A stretch of 63,109 bases of DNA, filler included, from Dimorphilus gyrociliatus (taxonomy: Eukaryota; Animalia; Annelida), in the NCBI GenBank assembly GCA_904063045.1. It is 5 parts of 5 records of this genome, joined end to end, with 100 filler letters (N's around TTAATTAATTAA, not from the genome) between each part and the next. Parts side by side here need not be neighbours in the genome. Positions count along the whole stretch, not along the records: positions 47,066 to 58,457 come from CAJFCJ010000053.1; positions 58,558 to 63,109 come from CAJFCJ010000055.1; 3 more parts are not named here. One strand, written 5' to 3'. The position numbers and the translations under genes are program-made. The notes beneath the pieces are model-generated. The model saw only the letters and a list, made by a program, of their open reading frames with translations, was not told where the DNA came from and made no database searches. How positions within the stretch are numbered: position 1 is the stretch's first letter; every line of letters begins with the position of its first letter. Shown here piece after piece: positions 48,479-61,966 of this stretch.

Positions 48479-49267
48479 AAAATCTATATCTATGATTTCT
48501 AACTCCTCTAGATTCTGGCAAAGTTTTAAAAAAATTGCCCCAACAGATCCACTTTTCCCTGTCAAACAGCAATTTTCAATCCTAAACACCTTGATTGATG
48601 AACAAGAACACATTAAACCATCAAAGACATATTGAATATCATTTCCAGGATTGTATTTTGGGAAAAAGGTAAATTCTTGAATATTTTTTAATTTACAAAG
48701 AAACTCTCCAAGATGTTGATAATCAATCTGTTCAATACTTGATAAAGTGATATATTTTAAATTTTCACTCCAAAAATTAAAATTAAATTTTTTTAAAAAT
48801 GATTTGTTGAATATTGAAAGTTTTCCATAACTCAAGTTTAAAGATTCCAAATTTTTAGACCTCTGCAGAAATTTCATTGTATAATTTTTCAATACAATAT
48901 CTCGGTAAAAAGCCAATTTAATAGATTTTATAGATTTTCCATTAATATATTTTAGTACTTTATTTAAATTAGCCATTTGAGTCAAATTTAAATGTCTGAT
49001 TGAATGACCATTTAGAAAGGCTAATCTGTTCAAAATTGTTATGTCATCATTTGTAAAATGGATTTCTGACAAAAATATTCTTTTTGAAGAGAAGAACAAT
49101 AGTTCACTTATTGATAGTAGTTGTATTTTCTTGAGTCTTTTCAACAACATATAATTACCAATTGATGGAGGAATTAAAGTGCTTTTCCTCTTGGTTTCTT
49201 TGTTAACTTCCTCTAAATGATTAACAATATAATACATTGTTAAATTGTATAGGGAACAGACAGCCAT
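48347..49267 (-). CDS. LRR protein with BC-box/Cul2-box-like N-terminus, C-terminus replaced by LTR sequence
   Basis: MAVCSLYNLTMYYI...LIPPSIGNYML; LRRs (SKNLESLNLSYG, CQNLEELEI); the last 43 codons plus stop are read from the LTR minus strand. Confidence 0.65.
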   Translation of the reverse strand: MAVCSLYNLTMYYIVNHLEEVNKETKRKSTLIPPSIGNYMLLKRLKKIQLLSISELLFFSSKRIFLSEIHFTNDDITILNRLAFLNGHSIRHLNLTQMANLNKVLKYINGKSIKSIKLAFYRDIVLKNYTMKFLQRSKNLESLNLSYGKLSIFNKSFLKKFNFNFWSENLKYITLSSIEQIDYQHLGEFLCKLKNIQEFTFFPKYNPGNDIQYVFDGLMCSCSSIKVFRIENCCLTGKSGSVGAIFLKLCQNLEELEIIDIDFCTLLYCNCRNFWFVTTVIILSNLLPTCQTTGPNRTFKVHPQIV

Positions 49268-49778
49268 TTTCCAAAAATTCACTTTGACTACACAGTTTAT
49301 GGTTATACTCACTCAAAATACTTTCCAATCAATAAATGGTTGAGTTCAGTGTCCAAAATTGAATTTTTTAATCTATTCTAACATGTAGCTGGATAAGAGT
49401 AATGCAATACTATTTGTATTCTACTTATTCTAACAAAGGAGGAGACTGATCCAACTCTAATCTCCCACTAACAAAAACTATATTGTTATGACTTCTCTAT
49501 ATTTAGTTAGATAAAAGATTCTAAATTAAAAGCAACTTATAACAGTCAATATCCACCTGGCAACCAGTCTAGACAAGAAATTGTATTTATATTGTACACT
49601 GCAGATGTCACCATTTTCAATTTTTTCATAAGCCTATTCTATTTTATCTATTGTATTTTTTACAAGTTCCAGCTTGTTTAGAATACCAACAATCAAGTTT
49701 GGAATATACTGATGAGAATCCTGAAATTGATCCAAGATTTATTTAAAATCGACACAATTCAACAACAGTCACAGAACC

Positions 49779-50907
49779 TGTGCACTTTGGAATTATAATA
49801 TAAAGAATTATAATATAAAGACTTTGGATAGATCTTATTTTAAAGGAATTAGAATAGTGAAATATTAGAAAAAACCACTTTTTGATGGAATTAATAACCC
49901 AAACCTAGGAAAGACCTTATTTAGTGGAATTAGATGCTTTGAATTCTAGAAAGGCTTTTAGTTTGCACAAAGTATAATTCTCTGAACAAAACAGATGTTG
50001 CCACTGTGGTATAAACAATGGAACAAAGAACAGGAAAAAATGCATGTCAAAATTGTTACATCTTATTCAATAACAGATGCTGAAAACTAAGGCTTGTTTT
50101 CGAAGTACCACATGCATAACCTATATGATATAACTGTTTTTCATACCTTTGTTGTATGTTCATTGTAAGATCATTACATTTCAACTTTGTGTTCCTTTGA
50201 ACAATTGAACCCAAGCTTTGGTAAATGTGTACTTTGTTGTATTGTAATTGTAGGAATTTCTGGTTCGTCACAACTGTAATTGTCCTTTCCAATCATTTAC
50301 CAAGTTGCCAAAGTACTGGTCCAAATAGAACCTTTAAAGTTCGTCCACAAATAGTCTAACAAAGGCAATTTCGGTAGAAATTGATTAACAAAACACCAGT
50401 ATTTCGTCCAAAGAATATGTATTGAGTAAAATGAGCTTCTAGTTCTAAACAAGCTAGTTTAAACAACTAGCTGACAGTTAGAAAACTGAACTATCAACTG
50501 TTAATTTCGTAGGGTTTATATACTCTTTTAAGGGTTGATAGTTCACAAATTTCAATGTTCACAAAAACAAAAGTAACATTTGAAGACAAAGAAAAGTTCT
50601 AAATATGGTCATGTTTTTATTGTTTTCCTCTTCTAAATAATAGTTGAATTTCGAAGGTTGGAGAGTTGCATAAGATGTAACAATTTTAGTAGGACAAGTC
50701 CAACAATCAAGAAAACATGTAGATTGTATATTTGACTGTTTTTATATTCTACCTTTTCTACCAAAATTGCCTTTGTTAGACTATTTGTGGACAAACTTTA
50801 AAGGTTCTATTTGTGTGAGTACTTTGGCAAGTTGGTAAATGATTGGAAAGGACAATTACAGTTGTGACAAACCACAAATTCCTACAATTACAATACAACA
50901 AAGTACA
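49779..50907. mobile_element. Composite LTR: subfamily B 5' part, inverted subfamily A piece (50228-50755), then LTR 3' end
   Basis: Starts TGTGCAC; 50228-50380 is the inverted repeat of 50756-50907. Confidence 0.75.
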
Positions 50908-53380
50908 AATACTTAATTAACTTTTATATTTCTAAAACGAAAAAAAAATTTTTATTTATAGTTTCTGTTTTGCTGTTCATCCCAGCTGCATTGCCATCAT
51001 CATTGTCATCGTCATCACTGATAAATATTGAAAATTTAATGGAGTTTAAGACAATGGAAAACAGTACAGGAAATTTACAGAATAGTTGTACAAGTTTGGT
51101 TAGGGAATGCAATGAAAAAATGAGCAATAACTTTGATAACATGATGGAAAATGGTTTCATGCCAACACAATGCTGCATAATTATGACAGGACATGTGCAG
51201 TGTGGAGGAAATCTTATTATGAACGGTTGTCTTATTTGGAATTTCCTAGACATTGAATTATTTACTAAGGCGATTTCTTACTTAAGTAATATACTTGAAT
51301 ATATCGCCAATCAATAATTTAGGGTTTATATCTCTTTTTTTCCAGCATGCCAAAGTTATCTGCAAAACTGTATTGATATCAAAAAAATATGTGATTTGTT
51401 CTTTTGCACATATAACATTCCAGAATCTTGTAGACCTTCTAATGAAACTGTACAAGAAAATGAAGAGTATCTGTGAAAATTCTGTAAGATAACAATTGAA
51501 TTCTACTTAGAAATTATGTATTTATTTAACAAATAATCAAACAGGTGGTAATACAGAAAATTCGGCATCATCTTCACTAATGGATTACAGAATTCTGGTT
51601 CTGTTCATCTTTCTATGTTCCGTACTTCAATTCTTAAATTAAAACTTTCTCTGTTTGTCAGATATTTTGAGCTTAGTGATTCATTTAAAAGCAGCAAATT
51701 ACAATTAAATAAGAATAATTTGACTATAACAGACGGAGCCACAATGGAATTGGGAAAGAATCAAAAGATGCTCATCAAAGAAAATTGTACGTTTTACATA
51801 ATGCTATGTAATAGTTGTTCATGTTTGAAAGAATATTTGTTACACATTTTACAAAGTGGTCAAAAACATTTTGCCTTTATTTTATATTCTTCTCCATTGC
51901 TCAGTAGCCATTTTGAAGTCTTCTTACTTAAAATAGTTTGGATTTTTTTCTACTTTTCAGTTGGATTGTATTCAACTGGATTCACAAATGTAAACTTGGT
52001 ATATAAACAACCTACAAATATATATCTGGTTTATGGCCAACTAGTTTAGGTCATTTGGCTGTTAATGGGGAATTTAACCCTGTATATAAAAATTATAAAA
52101 GATGTAGCCATACATGGATTGAAAATAGACCATGGTATTTAGGGTTAGTTAACCTAACCCTGCCATAAAACACTCAAACCTTTCTTTAGTGTAACTGCTT
52201 CTAATAGCAACACTAATCTTAACCATATAAGCTTTTAGTGAGAGTGTAACACCAAGTGGTCTGTCAGTCTGAATTGGTTTTTAAGTAAGCCTATAATTTA
52301 TAGATTGTTGGAAAAAATAAGTGGATCATTAATAAAATACTTTAATAAAAATTCCATCAAATGAAGTATGTGACATACTTGGAAACATATAGTTGAAACA
52401 GCTGTCCAAACTTAAGTAGGTAGAACAATCCATGCAAAATGTTATTGCAGAGACTAATAAAAAAATTTAATGTTAAAAATCAATCATTCATTTAGTCTGG
52501 TTGCAAAGCAACCATGTGACTCATAAAAGTAACTGGGAATACTAACAAAAATGTTGGATAGAGAAAACTGCTCAAAGGAGCTTTAAACAGACATAATACA
52601 AGAATTAGGATCTAGGTATAGTTTATAGCAAAACATTTTTAAATCCGAATTTCTTACAAAATAACTATAAAAGAGAGAAAATCAATTAGAAAACACAAAG
52701 AATAAAATCAGTTGAATGTTAGGAACAAACATTAGCATGATGCATTCCAAAATCTAGATTAGATACCAGACACCATTTATTGTTGTGTAACATATCAAAT
52801 AACCTTTACTTTCAAAATAGCTTATCATATTTCAAACTTTCAATCTAGATTGTAAATCTATTTGAAAGAAAATATAAACTGGTAAGAGAAAATCTCTCTA
52901 GACAGACAATCTTGTCAATTTTTACATGTTGTATTTAATTTGCAATGAAATGTTTATTTTAGAGATAAAGGCTCAGAATAGTCAATACCTATCTTATTTG
53001 GTAAAATACAAATCTTTGGACAAATATCATTTACTTGCTAATACTTGTGGACAAACTTTAGGTTCTATTAGGACCAGTACTTTGGTGTGTTAATAATGAG
53101 CAGGAAGGAATAGGTGAGAATTTGAATATTTAAAATGTATTTGTTACTAGTCATGAACAATTGAAAATAACTTCTTTGATTATACAAAAATTTTTTTGAA
53201 AAAACGAGGATTAATATTTAAATTTTTAACTCCTTTCTTTATTATAGTTCCAAAATCATTCATATTTAATTTTTCACTTTCTGTAGACTTTCACAGTATG
53301 AGTTATGATATCTGTATCATATTACCAAGGGTGTGTTTTTGCTTTCTGGATGCTTTCTGGGTCTATTATTGATTAAAAGT

Positions 53381-54450
53381 CGTACACTCTGTGATATTTA
53401 GACTTTAGATATTATAGAATTTTAGAAAGGCTTTTATTTTGTAGCAATTATAATGGGGGAATTATAGAATCACTTTTATGTCATACAAATTATAATTGTG
53501 GAGCTTTAGAAAGACTTTTAATTAGTAGAATTAGATTCTAGAACTTTAGAAACACCTTTATTTTGCAGGAAATAGATTCTTTGACCATAACAGATGGTGC
53601 CATTATGGAATTAACAAACAATATAGATAAAATGCATATCAAACTTGTTACATCTTATTCAAAAACAGATGAGGAACAGGCAGGCTTGTTTTTGCACTGC
53701 CACATGTTAGCCATAAGTGATGTAATAGTTTTTTTTGTTTTTGTTATATGTGCATTATGAGACTGTTACATTTCAACTTTGTAATCCTGTGCACTAAGAT
53801 ATAATGATATATGAATGCTTAGACTTTAGATATTAGGGTACCTTAGAAAGACTTCTATTTTATAGGAATTAGAATGGTGCAACTATAGAAATACTACTAT
53901 TTTGTATGAATTATAATGGTGGAACTTTTGAAAGACTTTTATTTTGTAGAGTTAACTTTAGCACTTTAAAAAGAAATGTGTCAAAGTTGTTTTTCTTAAC
54001 TATTATCAGATGTTAATGGGACAGATGTGTTATGTGGCAACATGTGCTGACTATATAGCCTTTGTTTAGGGATTATGTTTTTGTGACATATGCAATCTTT
54101 TGATAAATTGAACCCAAGCTTTGGGAAATGTATAAAAGAAAATACATTTCACCAATTTGGCAGTTCAGTTCTTAACTGTTAACTGATTGTTTAAACTTAT
54201 TTGTTTAGAACTAGAAACTCATTTACTCAATAGATATTCTTTAAATGAAATACTGGTATTTTGTTGAATTATTTCTACCGAAATTACATTTATTAAGACT
54301 ATTTGTGGATGAACTTGAAAAGTTCTATTTGTTTGAGTACTTTGGTGCATTGATAAATGATTGGAAAGGACGAGTACTGCTCTGAAGAAGCAGAAATTCC
54401 TACAATTATAATACAACAAAGTACAAATCCTTTGACCAAGTAAATCTAAG
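53381..54450 (+). mobile_element. Older LTR remnant (host of a nested solo LTR)
   Basis: Starts CGTACAC; removing 53788-54430 restores CTTTGTAATCCTTTGACC as seen in the 8217-8954 copy. Confidence 0.6.
53788..54425 (+). mobile_element. Solo LTR subfamily B (638 bp)
   Basis: TGTGCAC...GTACA with perfect TSD AATCC. Confidence 0.9.
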
Positions 54451-56002
54451 CTTTGGTAAAAATCTTTTGTATAGTAAAAAATGGTAGAATTTGACTAGAA
54501 TTAGTTTTTCAATTGAGTAAATATTTTACTTTTCCTTCCATTGATTGTTAACAATGGAAAAGGCAAGTAATAAGTTATTGATGACAGATATAAGATATGT
54601 TGATTTTTTCTCCAATGTGTTGAGCATGTTTTGTATCATATTTCCAAAATAAAAATTTATGGCTCTTGAAATTGTATAATGATTTTTCATAAATCATTCT
54701 GGTCAGGTAATAATGCAACAGTAGATATTATCCCTTTGTATTTATTAATGAATAAATACTGAACTTGCATGCAAAACTTTAAGTCTATAGATAGGAATAT
54801 ATCAAGTATTAAAATCTTTATTTCCTTCTTGTGTTTTTGGTTAGGATTTTTGAGTTGTGTTAGTTGTAATGAATCGACACTGATAAATCAAGTATAATTT
54901 TTTTATCTTTGTATGTGCCCAAACTCTTTTTCCATGCATTCCCAAAACTCTTGCCATCACCCTTAATTTCCCAATATCCTTCTATTTTATAACTATTGTA
55001 CTGCTCTTGCTTGGCAAAATCTATGCGCTTGAAAGTTATAACAATACTGGTTCTACTCGAACCTTTAAACAAATGTTTAAATTAAAACGGTTTATTCGCA
55101 ATAATAATACTTAAGCAAGTAACAATATGAGAGTTCAATAGCAGAGTTAGGTTAGGACTTGGGGTTAGGGTTAGGCCACACCCTAGGCAAGTTAATTAAA
55201 TTATAACTTGACCAAACCTTTATTGGTAATTAAAGATGAGCCTTCAAGCTGACTAATGAAACCTCTCTTTGGCCAATGTTATAGCATTTTCTTGCATAGA
55301 TTTTTAAGATGTACATGTATAAGTTGCATAAAATAATAGAGTTCAAGCATGTTAAATATAACCAATGTTGTACACATGTACTATGATATCTCAATTATAT
55401 TCTGTAATTAATTGATGACTATTTTCTATAAAACTTTAAACAAACTACTTTAAAGGGGACAACCAATTTTGACTGTTTATTGAAAGTTGGTCTTGCAAAA
55501 TTTACTGTGTCCAATTTTTCCTGCCATTTCCTTTATGGTTTCTCTCTATATTCTGATGTTTAACTTGTTAACTGAAGCAATTCATTATTATTAAATATTA
55601 ATAATTAAGAATGCTGTATGTTTTGAGAGTGTTTTCTGATCTTAAGTGAATGCTTTTTATCTCAACCCAAAAATACCATATATTCTACTTGCTGTGTTTA
55701 AATCAATACAAGAGAACAAAGAAAAGAAACACTCATTGATTAATATTCCATATGTATTCCTGTTGAAAGAATGTTTTTTATATTTCTGACATTTTAGAAA
55801 TAAGGAACAAAAAATGAACTGAGGAAGCCCTATGAATTTTTCATAAATTGAATGAAGACATATTCAATCGAAAGATTGATTATTAATCTTTCTAAACAAA
55901 ATTTTGAACTTTTATATTAATAATTCATAGAAATATTTCCTATATAACCACATAATGTTTTCTTATACATCTCAAATACGCTTTAGATTTTCCAAAAAAA
56001 TA

Positions 56003-56907
56003 ATGAATATTTTAATTTTTCAATTAATAACAATATTTCTTTTGACAATAAGAAATAATGATTGTGCAAGTAAAAATTATGATTTTTATATTTATTCATA
56101 TTTCTCCTTATCTTTTATTAATATACAGTTTGCGATTTCTTTCATCAAGAAGATAAACAGTTAGCAACAAGCACATATGTTGTTATTTATAATATAGATG
56201 ATAGAGGAGTAGACTATTGTAAAAAGTTATGCTATTATCTTGAACTTTGCAAGTATGTTTATAGAAAGAGAGAGAGGGAGAGTAAAATCTACACATTTTT
56301 TCCACTTTAGGAGTTTCTATGTTGATAAACAGGATAACAACAAATGTTATCTTTCAACTGACCATGCAGGATTAGGAGGAAGTCAGTTACCTCAAGTCAT
56401 TGGTTATGATTATTATGAAAAACCAGATGTTTGTGGTAATTAAAAAGTGTTAGATTTTTTTGTAAAATAAAAGTATAAATAATTTCTTTTTCAGATACTC
56501 CACAATTTGGAGACACAAGTAAATAACTAAATGCAATAAAAGCAAAGTACATAAATATATTAATAACATTTCTTTGTTTTTGTCTGTCTCCTTCCCCTTT
56601 AAAGTTACCTATAAAAGTTATCCTGATCAGCTTGGCGGATTTACTTATCATACAGTTTTTAATACAGGTGAAGCTGACTGCAAAAAACTTTGTAGCATGC
56701 TCAGTGATTGCAAGTTAGTTATAAAATATAATAAATGTCTTATAATTTTATCATTTCTTTTTTACAGTACAATTAGTATTGTAACTTCAAATCAGATATG
56801 TCACATTTTCAAAGCAACCTTTGATGAACTTACAGATCGTCGTCAATCAGTAGGGGATACTACATTTTCAAAAATTGGTGTAACAATTGAACCTTCATTG
56901 GATCCAG
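56003..56907 (+). CDS. Secreted protein with two tandem PAN/apple domains (multi-exon, 3' end not traced)
   Basis: Signal peptide MNILIFQLITIFLL; YCKKLCYYLELCKSFYV..KCYL..YDYYEK and DCKKLCSMLSDC..ICHIF across short GT-AG introns. Confidence 0.75.
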
Positions 56908-58457
56908 GTAAAGAATGTTTGTTTATTTTCAAACCCAAATCAATTAAATAGTTATCTTCATTTAATCATTTAACATATAACAACATGCCACAACATTAAA
57001 ACTGCATGTATTCCACTTACAAAAAGTGTCAAAAAATTTAGGGTTTGGAAAAGGTTTTTTTTGACTAAATCAAAAAAGAGAAACAGAATTCTCAAACTTC
57101 AGGGTTAGGTCTTGGGGTTAGGGTTTTAACGCCCTAGAGTAGCACTCTCACTTTCTCCATGAGTGATACCCTTGGAAGGTTGCGTTCCACATTGAAGAAT
57201 AACTATTCTGAATGACGGCAGGTTAATCTCTTAAGAACTGGGACCCTGAATTGTCAATTAGACGTGATACAAGGACCATTCCTCCGATTACGGGTTAGGG
57301 TTATTGTAATGTTGAACTAGATACTAAGATCTAAGTTCTGATGAAAGTTGAATAACTTCCACCAAAGTTTCAAGAGATTCCACAATGGTATGGAATGCAA
57401 GAGTAAGAACACTCTGTACAAGTAAGACTATCTACAACTGATTGATGAAAAATGTTCAGTTTATGTTTTAATTTTTTGATGGTTACTAAGAATAGTTGAC
57501 CTACCATGGTTTTGTCTTCCCCTTTAGCAAAGACTCATCAGGGTCATTTCAGAAGATAGCTTCACTTACACTACTTTGAAGGGGAGGTGAGGACCAATTC
57601 TGCAATTGTATCCTGCCTTGCATTCTATTTTAGTTGGATGATTGTGTTTTAGAGGATACATGTTTGTAATTTTAATTTTGGAACAGATTTTTTTCTTTGT
57701 ACAATGTTTGAGTTATGTAGAGTGTATAAAGTAAATTCATATTTGTCTGATAAGTCTCATTTCAACAAGGAAGAAATGGCTTTGTTTAATGAATTAATTT
57801 TGAATGGATATGGTTTTTACTTGACAAAGAAACAAAAATTACTTCAAAGAAACACTATTGTACTTTTCTTTGAACATATAAATTATAGAAATGTATAACT
57901 CACTCTGGTTTTCTTACACATTGTGTTCTGAAAATTTCTTCCTAATGCAGCCTGTAGAAGGTTTTTGGGTTATTTTTGTCTTTGTTTTGTTGTTTCTTGA
58001 GGCTGATTTCTTTTTATGATGGTATTTTTTTTCAACTGATGATATGTGGCTTGTTGTTACCCTTTTATAGGTGGTGGTTATGCAATTGACATATATCAAG
58101 ATATTGCATTTTTTCTTGAAGGTCATGTTTTACTGTGTAAGTCCTTCCTGGGATATGTCTGTTGACCATCTGTTGCTTCTATATGGTAAAGTAAATACAA
58201 GGGATTTATGATGGACCTACAAATTTAATGAAGTACAATAAATGTATTTTTTTTGGTCTAAACAAACACAACATCAAAATGGACTAATATAATGTATGTT
58301 TTCTAAAATTGCTTTTTTCTTCTTAGGCTTGATAAAATTATTCATTTGAAATATAAACATGCAAAGAATTAATAATTTTTATGGTTGAAAGTAACACTTC
58401 TGATTAATTTTACTGTTGATTTGAAGCTTGGAGAATTGGTCTGTTTAATTTCTTTTT

Positions 58458-58557
58458 NNNNNNNNNNNNNNNNNNNNNNNNNNNNNNNNNNNNNNNNNNN
58501 NTTAATTAATTAANNNNNNNNNNNNNNNNNNNNNNNNNNNNNNNNNNNNNNNNNNNN
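58458..58557. other. Artificial contig spacer
   Basis: 44 N + TTAATTAATTAA + 44 N. Confidence 0.98.
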
Positions 58558-58632
58558 GAGATATGAGAGATGAGAGAGACAGAGAGAGAGACGTACTTAA
58601 AAATGACAATGGAAGCCAAGTAAGACAATTAC

Positions 58633-58800
58633 GGATGTGACAGAAAACGGCCCCAAAAGCATGGTTTTACCCTAACCCTAAACCATCCCTTTGTATCTGT
58701 AACCTTTTTCATTACTCCTAACCCTTAGATGGGACCCCCCTAACTACAAATCAATAAATGCTTTAAAAGCACTCATTTGTGGATGTTTTCTGTCGTATCC
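58633..58800. mobile_element. Mutator-type MITE copy (shortened)
   Basis: GGATGTGACAGAAAACGG...GTTTTCTGTCGTATCC. Confidence 0.8.
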
Positions 58801-59744
58801 CTGTAATACAGTCTATCTAACCAGAATTTTTATCACAAGGTCTTGCTATAGAATGTAACCCATCATAAATCAACATTTTGCAAAAATTATTAGTCTATTT
58901 AACATTCAATTGCAAATGGACAATGAAATATTCACTCTGCAAAATTTTGCTGTAGACTTTTGAAATTCCATAAGATTTTATTGAATCGAAATGAATTGTT
59001 TATAGCATATAATTCAGTTGAGTATCATCAAAAATATATTGATTTGTAATTGAAAATGAAGATAATCTAACGCAAAAAATATTTAAAAGAATGACAATTT
59101 TCATACTTTATTTTATTCTTTTTTAGAATGAAAGAATAAAGTAAAAAGACCAAAACGCTTTAATCTAATCTTTTATAGACAATCCTATTCAATTTTCCAT
59201 TTAATTGTGTCAATCTTCCATTCAAGTGGAATGTCAAGTATACTCTTATTACAACTAATTGAGAGATGCAATTAAAAATACCAGTTTGATAATTAGTTGC
59301 TTCTTGTAAAGTGATACACTTTAAGATTATTTTTTTAATTTTTGATTATGAAAAATGTACATATTGTGTTTTCAGAATATTTCCAGATAGATTGCCCAAA
59401 TTTGGTATTTTTACTATGGGGCCAGGACACTTTTTGTCAAAACAGGAAAAGGAAATTGTAAAAAAAGTAAAATATACTTTTGAAACAAAGAAAACTGGTA
59501 CCCATTACTCTGCAAATGTTTTGAATTTTATAACAATTCTTATACATATCCAGAACTCTCTTTTATTAATAATTTTATATTTCTTGTTCTTTAATGAAAA
59601 ATGTTCTTAAAATGGGCTAAAATATCCAGGGCTGAAACGTCACTGCACCTTTCACAATGTTTGTCAGGTATATGATTACCTTGTAGACAATATTATCAAT
59701 AAATTGATAATTATAAAATGTATCACTGAATTATTAGCCATTTG

Positions 59745-59925
59745 AAATCAGTGCTTTTACCCTAACCCTAACCCAGCCCTTAGCTGTACCTAACCTTTTC
59801 CATTACCCTTAACCCTTGGAGATGACCCTCCTAAGTACAAATCAGTTGCTGTTTTCTTCTGCCTAACCATTTCTCAAGCCAAATTTTTGTCTTGAAATTT
59901 CTCATTTGTGGACGTTTTCTGTCGA
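59745..59925. mobile_element. Mutator-type MITE copy, left TIR lost
   Basis: CCCTAACCCTAACCCAGCCC...GGACGTTTTCTGTCG. Confidence 0.75.
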
Positions 59926-60514
59926 CCACAACAATTTGTCTTCACCTTGCAAATGAAAGATAATTAGTCAAACCAAGATTTGAAATGAGGAAAAACTCAC
60001 AACATTTTACCTGCAGAGGTGAAAATTTGAAATATTTAAAAGGTATTACTGAGACCCTCTGTTTGAACAGTATTTTACTAGCATATAATATATTTAATTA
60101 TCCAAATTATTATGCAATGAAATTGCCAAAAAGAAATAATTTTTTTAAATAATGTATTTGTATTAACGTGAATTTATGCATAATACAATCCTTGTGGTAT
60201 CTTTGACAAATGGTTTTTATGCTTTTCCTATTGGAAAAACCATTTAGTGATTGGTTAATTTTAAAGTTGAAGGTGAAGGGAAGAAAAACAAATTCTATAA
60301 TCTCTTCATCTCATAGTTTTATGGCTGAAATCTCCTTTTCTTGAAAATGTACTTTAAAATCATCCGTTGCAGATAATAATTTAAACTAACTATTCCATGT
60401 GTGAAACCAAGCCGGAAACTAAAAACAGGATATAGCCAACTTGTCATTTTACAATTTTTATAATTATTGCAACAATTTAAAAAAGGTTTTTGTGTTTCAA
60501 ATAGAAATAAATTA

Positions 60515-60610
60515 TGAGTCAGATTCGATTAATCTCTACAAAAAACTTTTAAGAGATGGAAATGTCTGCAAACTTCAGAAAAAAAGCTATAAAATCTCTG
60601 AATTTGAAAA
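60515..60610 (+). mobile_element. MULE C-terminal fragment
   Basis: SDSINLYKKLLRDGNVCKLQKK matches the peptide at 4930-5010. Confidence 0.65.
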
Positions 60611-61029
60611 ATTTTAATATTCAAAATCAAAGGATGATGAAAAGCTTAAGAAAAAATCTGGATAAGAGTTTTTCAACAAACAAGAGAAATGATAAGAAGA
60701 GTATGATAAATGAAGAGAAAAATGGATATTATTAAAAAATACCTTAGTCTTTGTGGTTTTTACTTTAATCATAACTGAGCCCTTCACACTGTTCGAAAAA
60801 CATTTCGTTGCTCTTAACCTTTCTCAGATTTTATTTTTGCTATAAAACTAAAAATAGAACTTTATCAAGAATTTTCATTCTGCATAAAATATAAATAATA
60901 TGTAAATATAATGGTTATTTCCATTGTACTAGCAATTGTTCTAACCCTTTTAATTGCCTATTTTGTATATACATACAGAGGCAAAAGTTGACAGCTCACA
61001 GATAAAAATATCTACACAAAACAAATGTA

Positions 61030-61345
61030 TGATTATGGATAAAAGGAAAGTTCAAATATGGTTCCATATTTGTTGACTTTGCTTTGTTAAAGAAAACTGT
61101 TGTCAGTAGGTCAGAAAATTGCATAAGATGTAACAATTTTTGGTAAATGTTGGATTGGTTCCAACACACAAAAATAGACAGAGGTCATCATAATGCTGTT
61201 TTTAAATACCTCAAATTATTAATAATAATTGTTTGTCAAAAGTAAAATATTTGAGTATAAGTCATTGGCAGAGTAAGGTTAATTTCACTTGACCATCTAC
61301 AATAGTATTGTGCTTACAATACTTGTTGAAGTGACAATGAACTAC
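61030..61345 (-). repeat. LTR U3 fragment
   Basis: Reverse complement of ~33520-33830. Confidence 0.65.
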
Positions 61346-61521
61346 ACACTTCAAATATATATGAAATAGTGTAAGATACAATTAATGATCATTAAATATG
61401 ATGTGCAAATTCTTACTTAAATACATTTTATATTGTAAAACTTTTTCTCTGCTAAATTCTTTTCATAGAATAGTGTTTTCACATTGTCTTGTGTCATTCT
61501 ATAGAGCTACTTCCTTTTTAA

Positions 61522-61607
61522 TATGGGACATTCTTTCGATAGGATGTTCATTTCATGGGACATTCTTTCCAATATGGGACGTTCATTCCATGGGACGTTC
61601 TTTCCAG
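61522..61607. repeat. ~15-17-bp tandem repeat (ATGGGACRTTCWTTCC)
   Basis: About 5 units; resembles the MULE subterminal motif GGGACGTT. Confidence 0.7.
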
Positions 61608-61966
61608 CTCCCTTTGAAAATAAAAATGTTCAAAATAATAAAAAGTTGCCAAACTTGTTCAAAATGGATGCTAAAGACACTTTTGAAGTATCATATTTCA
61701 AAACCTGTTTGGATGACTGAAAGATCAGATCAGAGGAGTTGATTACAAAAATTTGGACTAGCTAAAAAAGGATGTCCGGGAATTTTTGAGGAGAAAACCA
61801 TCCTCCTTTTATTGGAATGAGACAGATCTACTTCCATCCAAATGGCAGACATATATAAGCAATGGGGGGAACTATTAAGGAATAGAATAGTTAATTTTTC
61901 TAGAGTAGACTATGGGCTATAATATAAATAAAAATTATTGAAACAAGCTAAGTACTATAAATATAG

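Noticed and set aside
50970-51317. Tetraspanin-like CC motif ORF
   Set aside because: No CCG motif and no four TM helices; unsupported.
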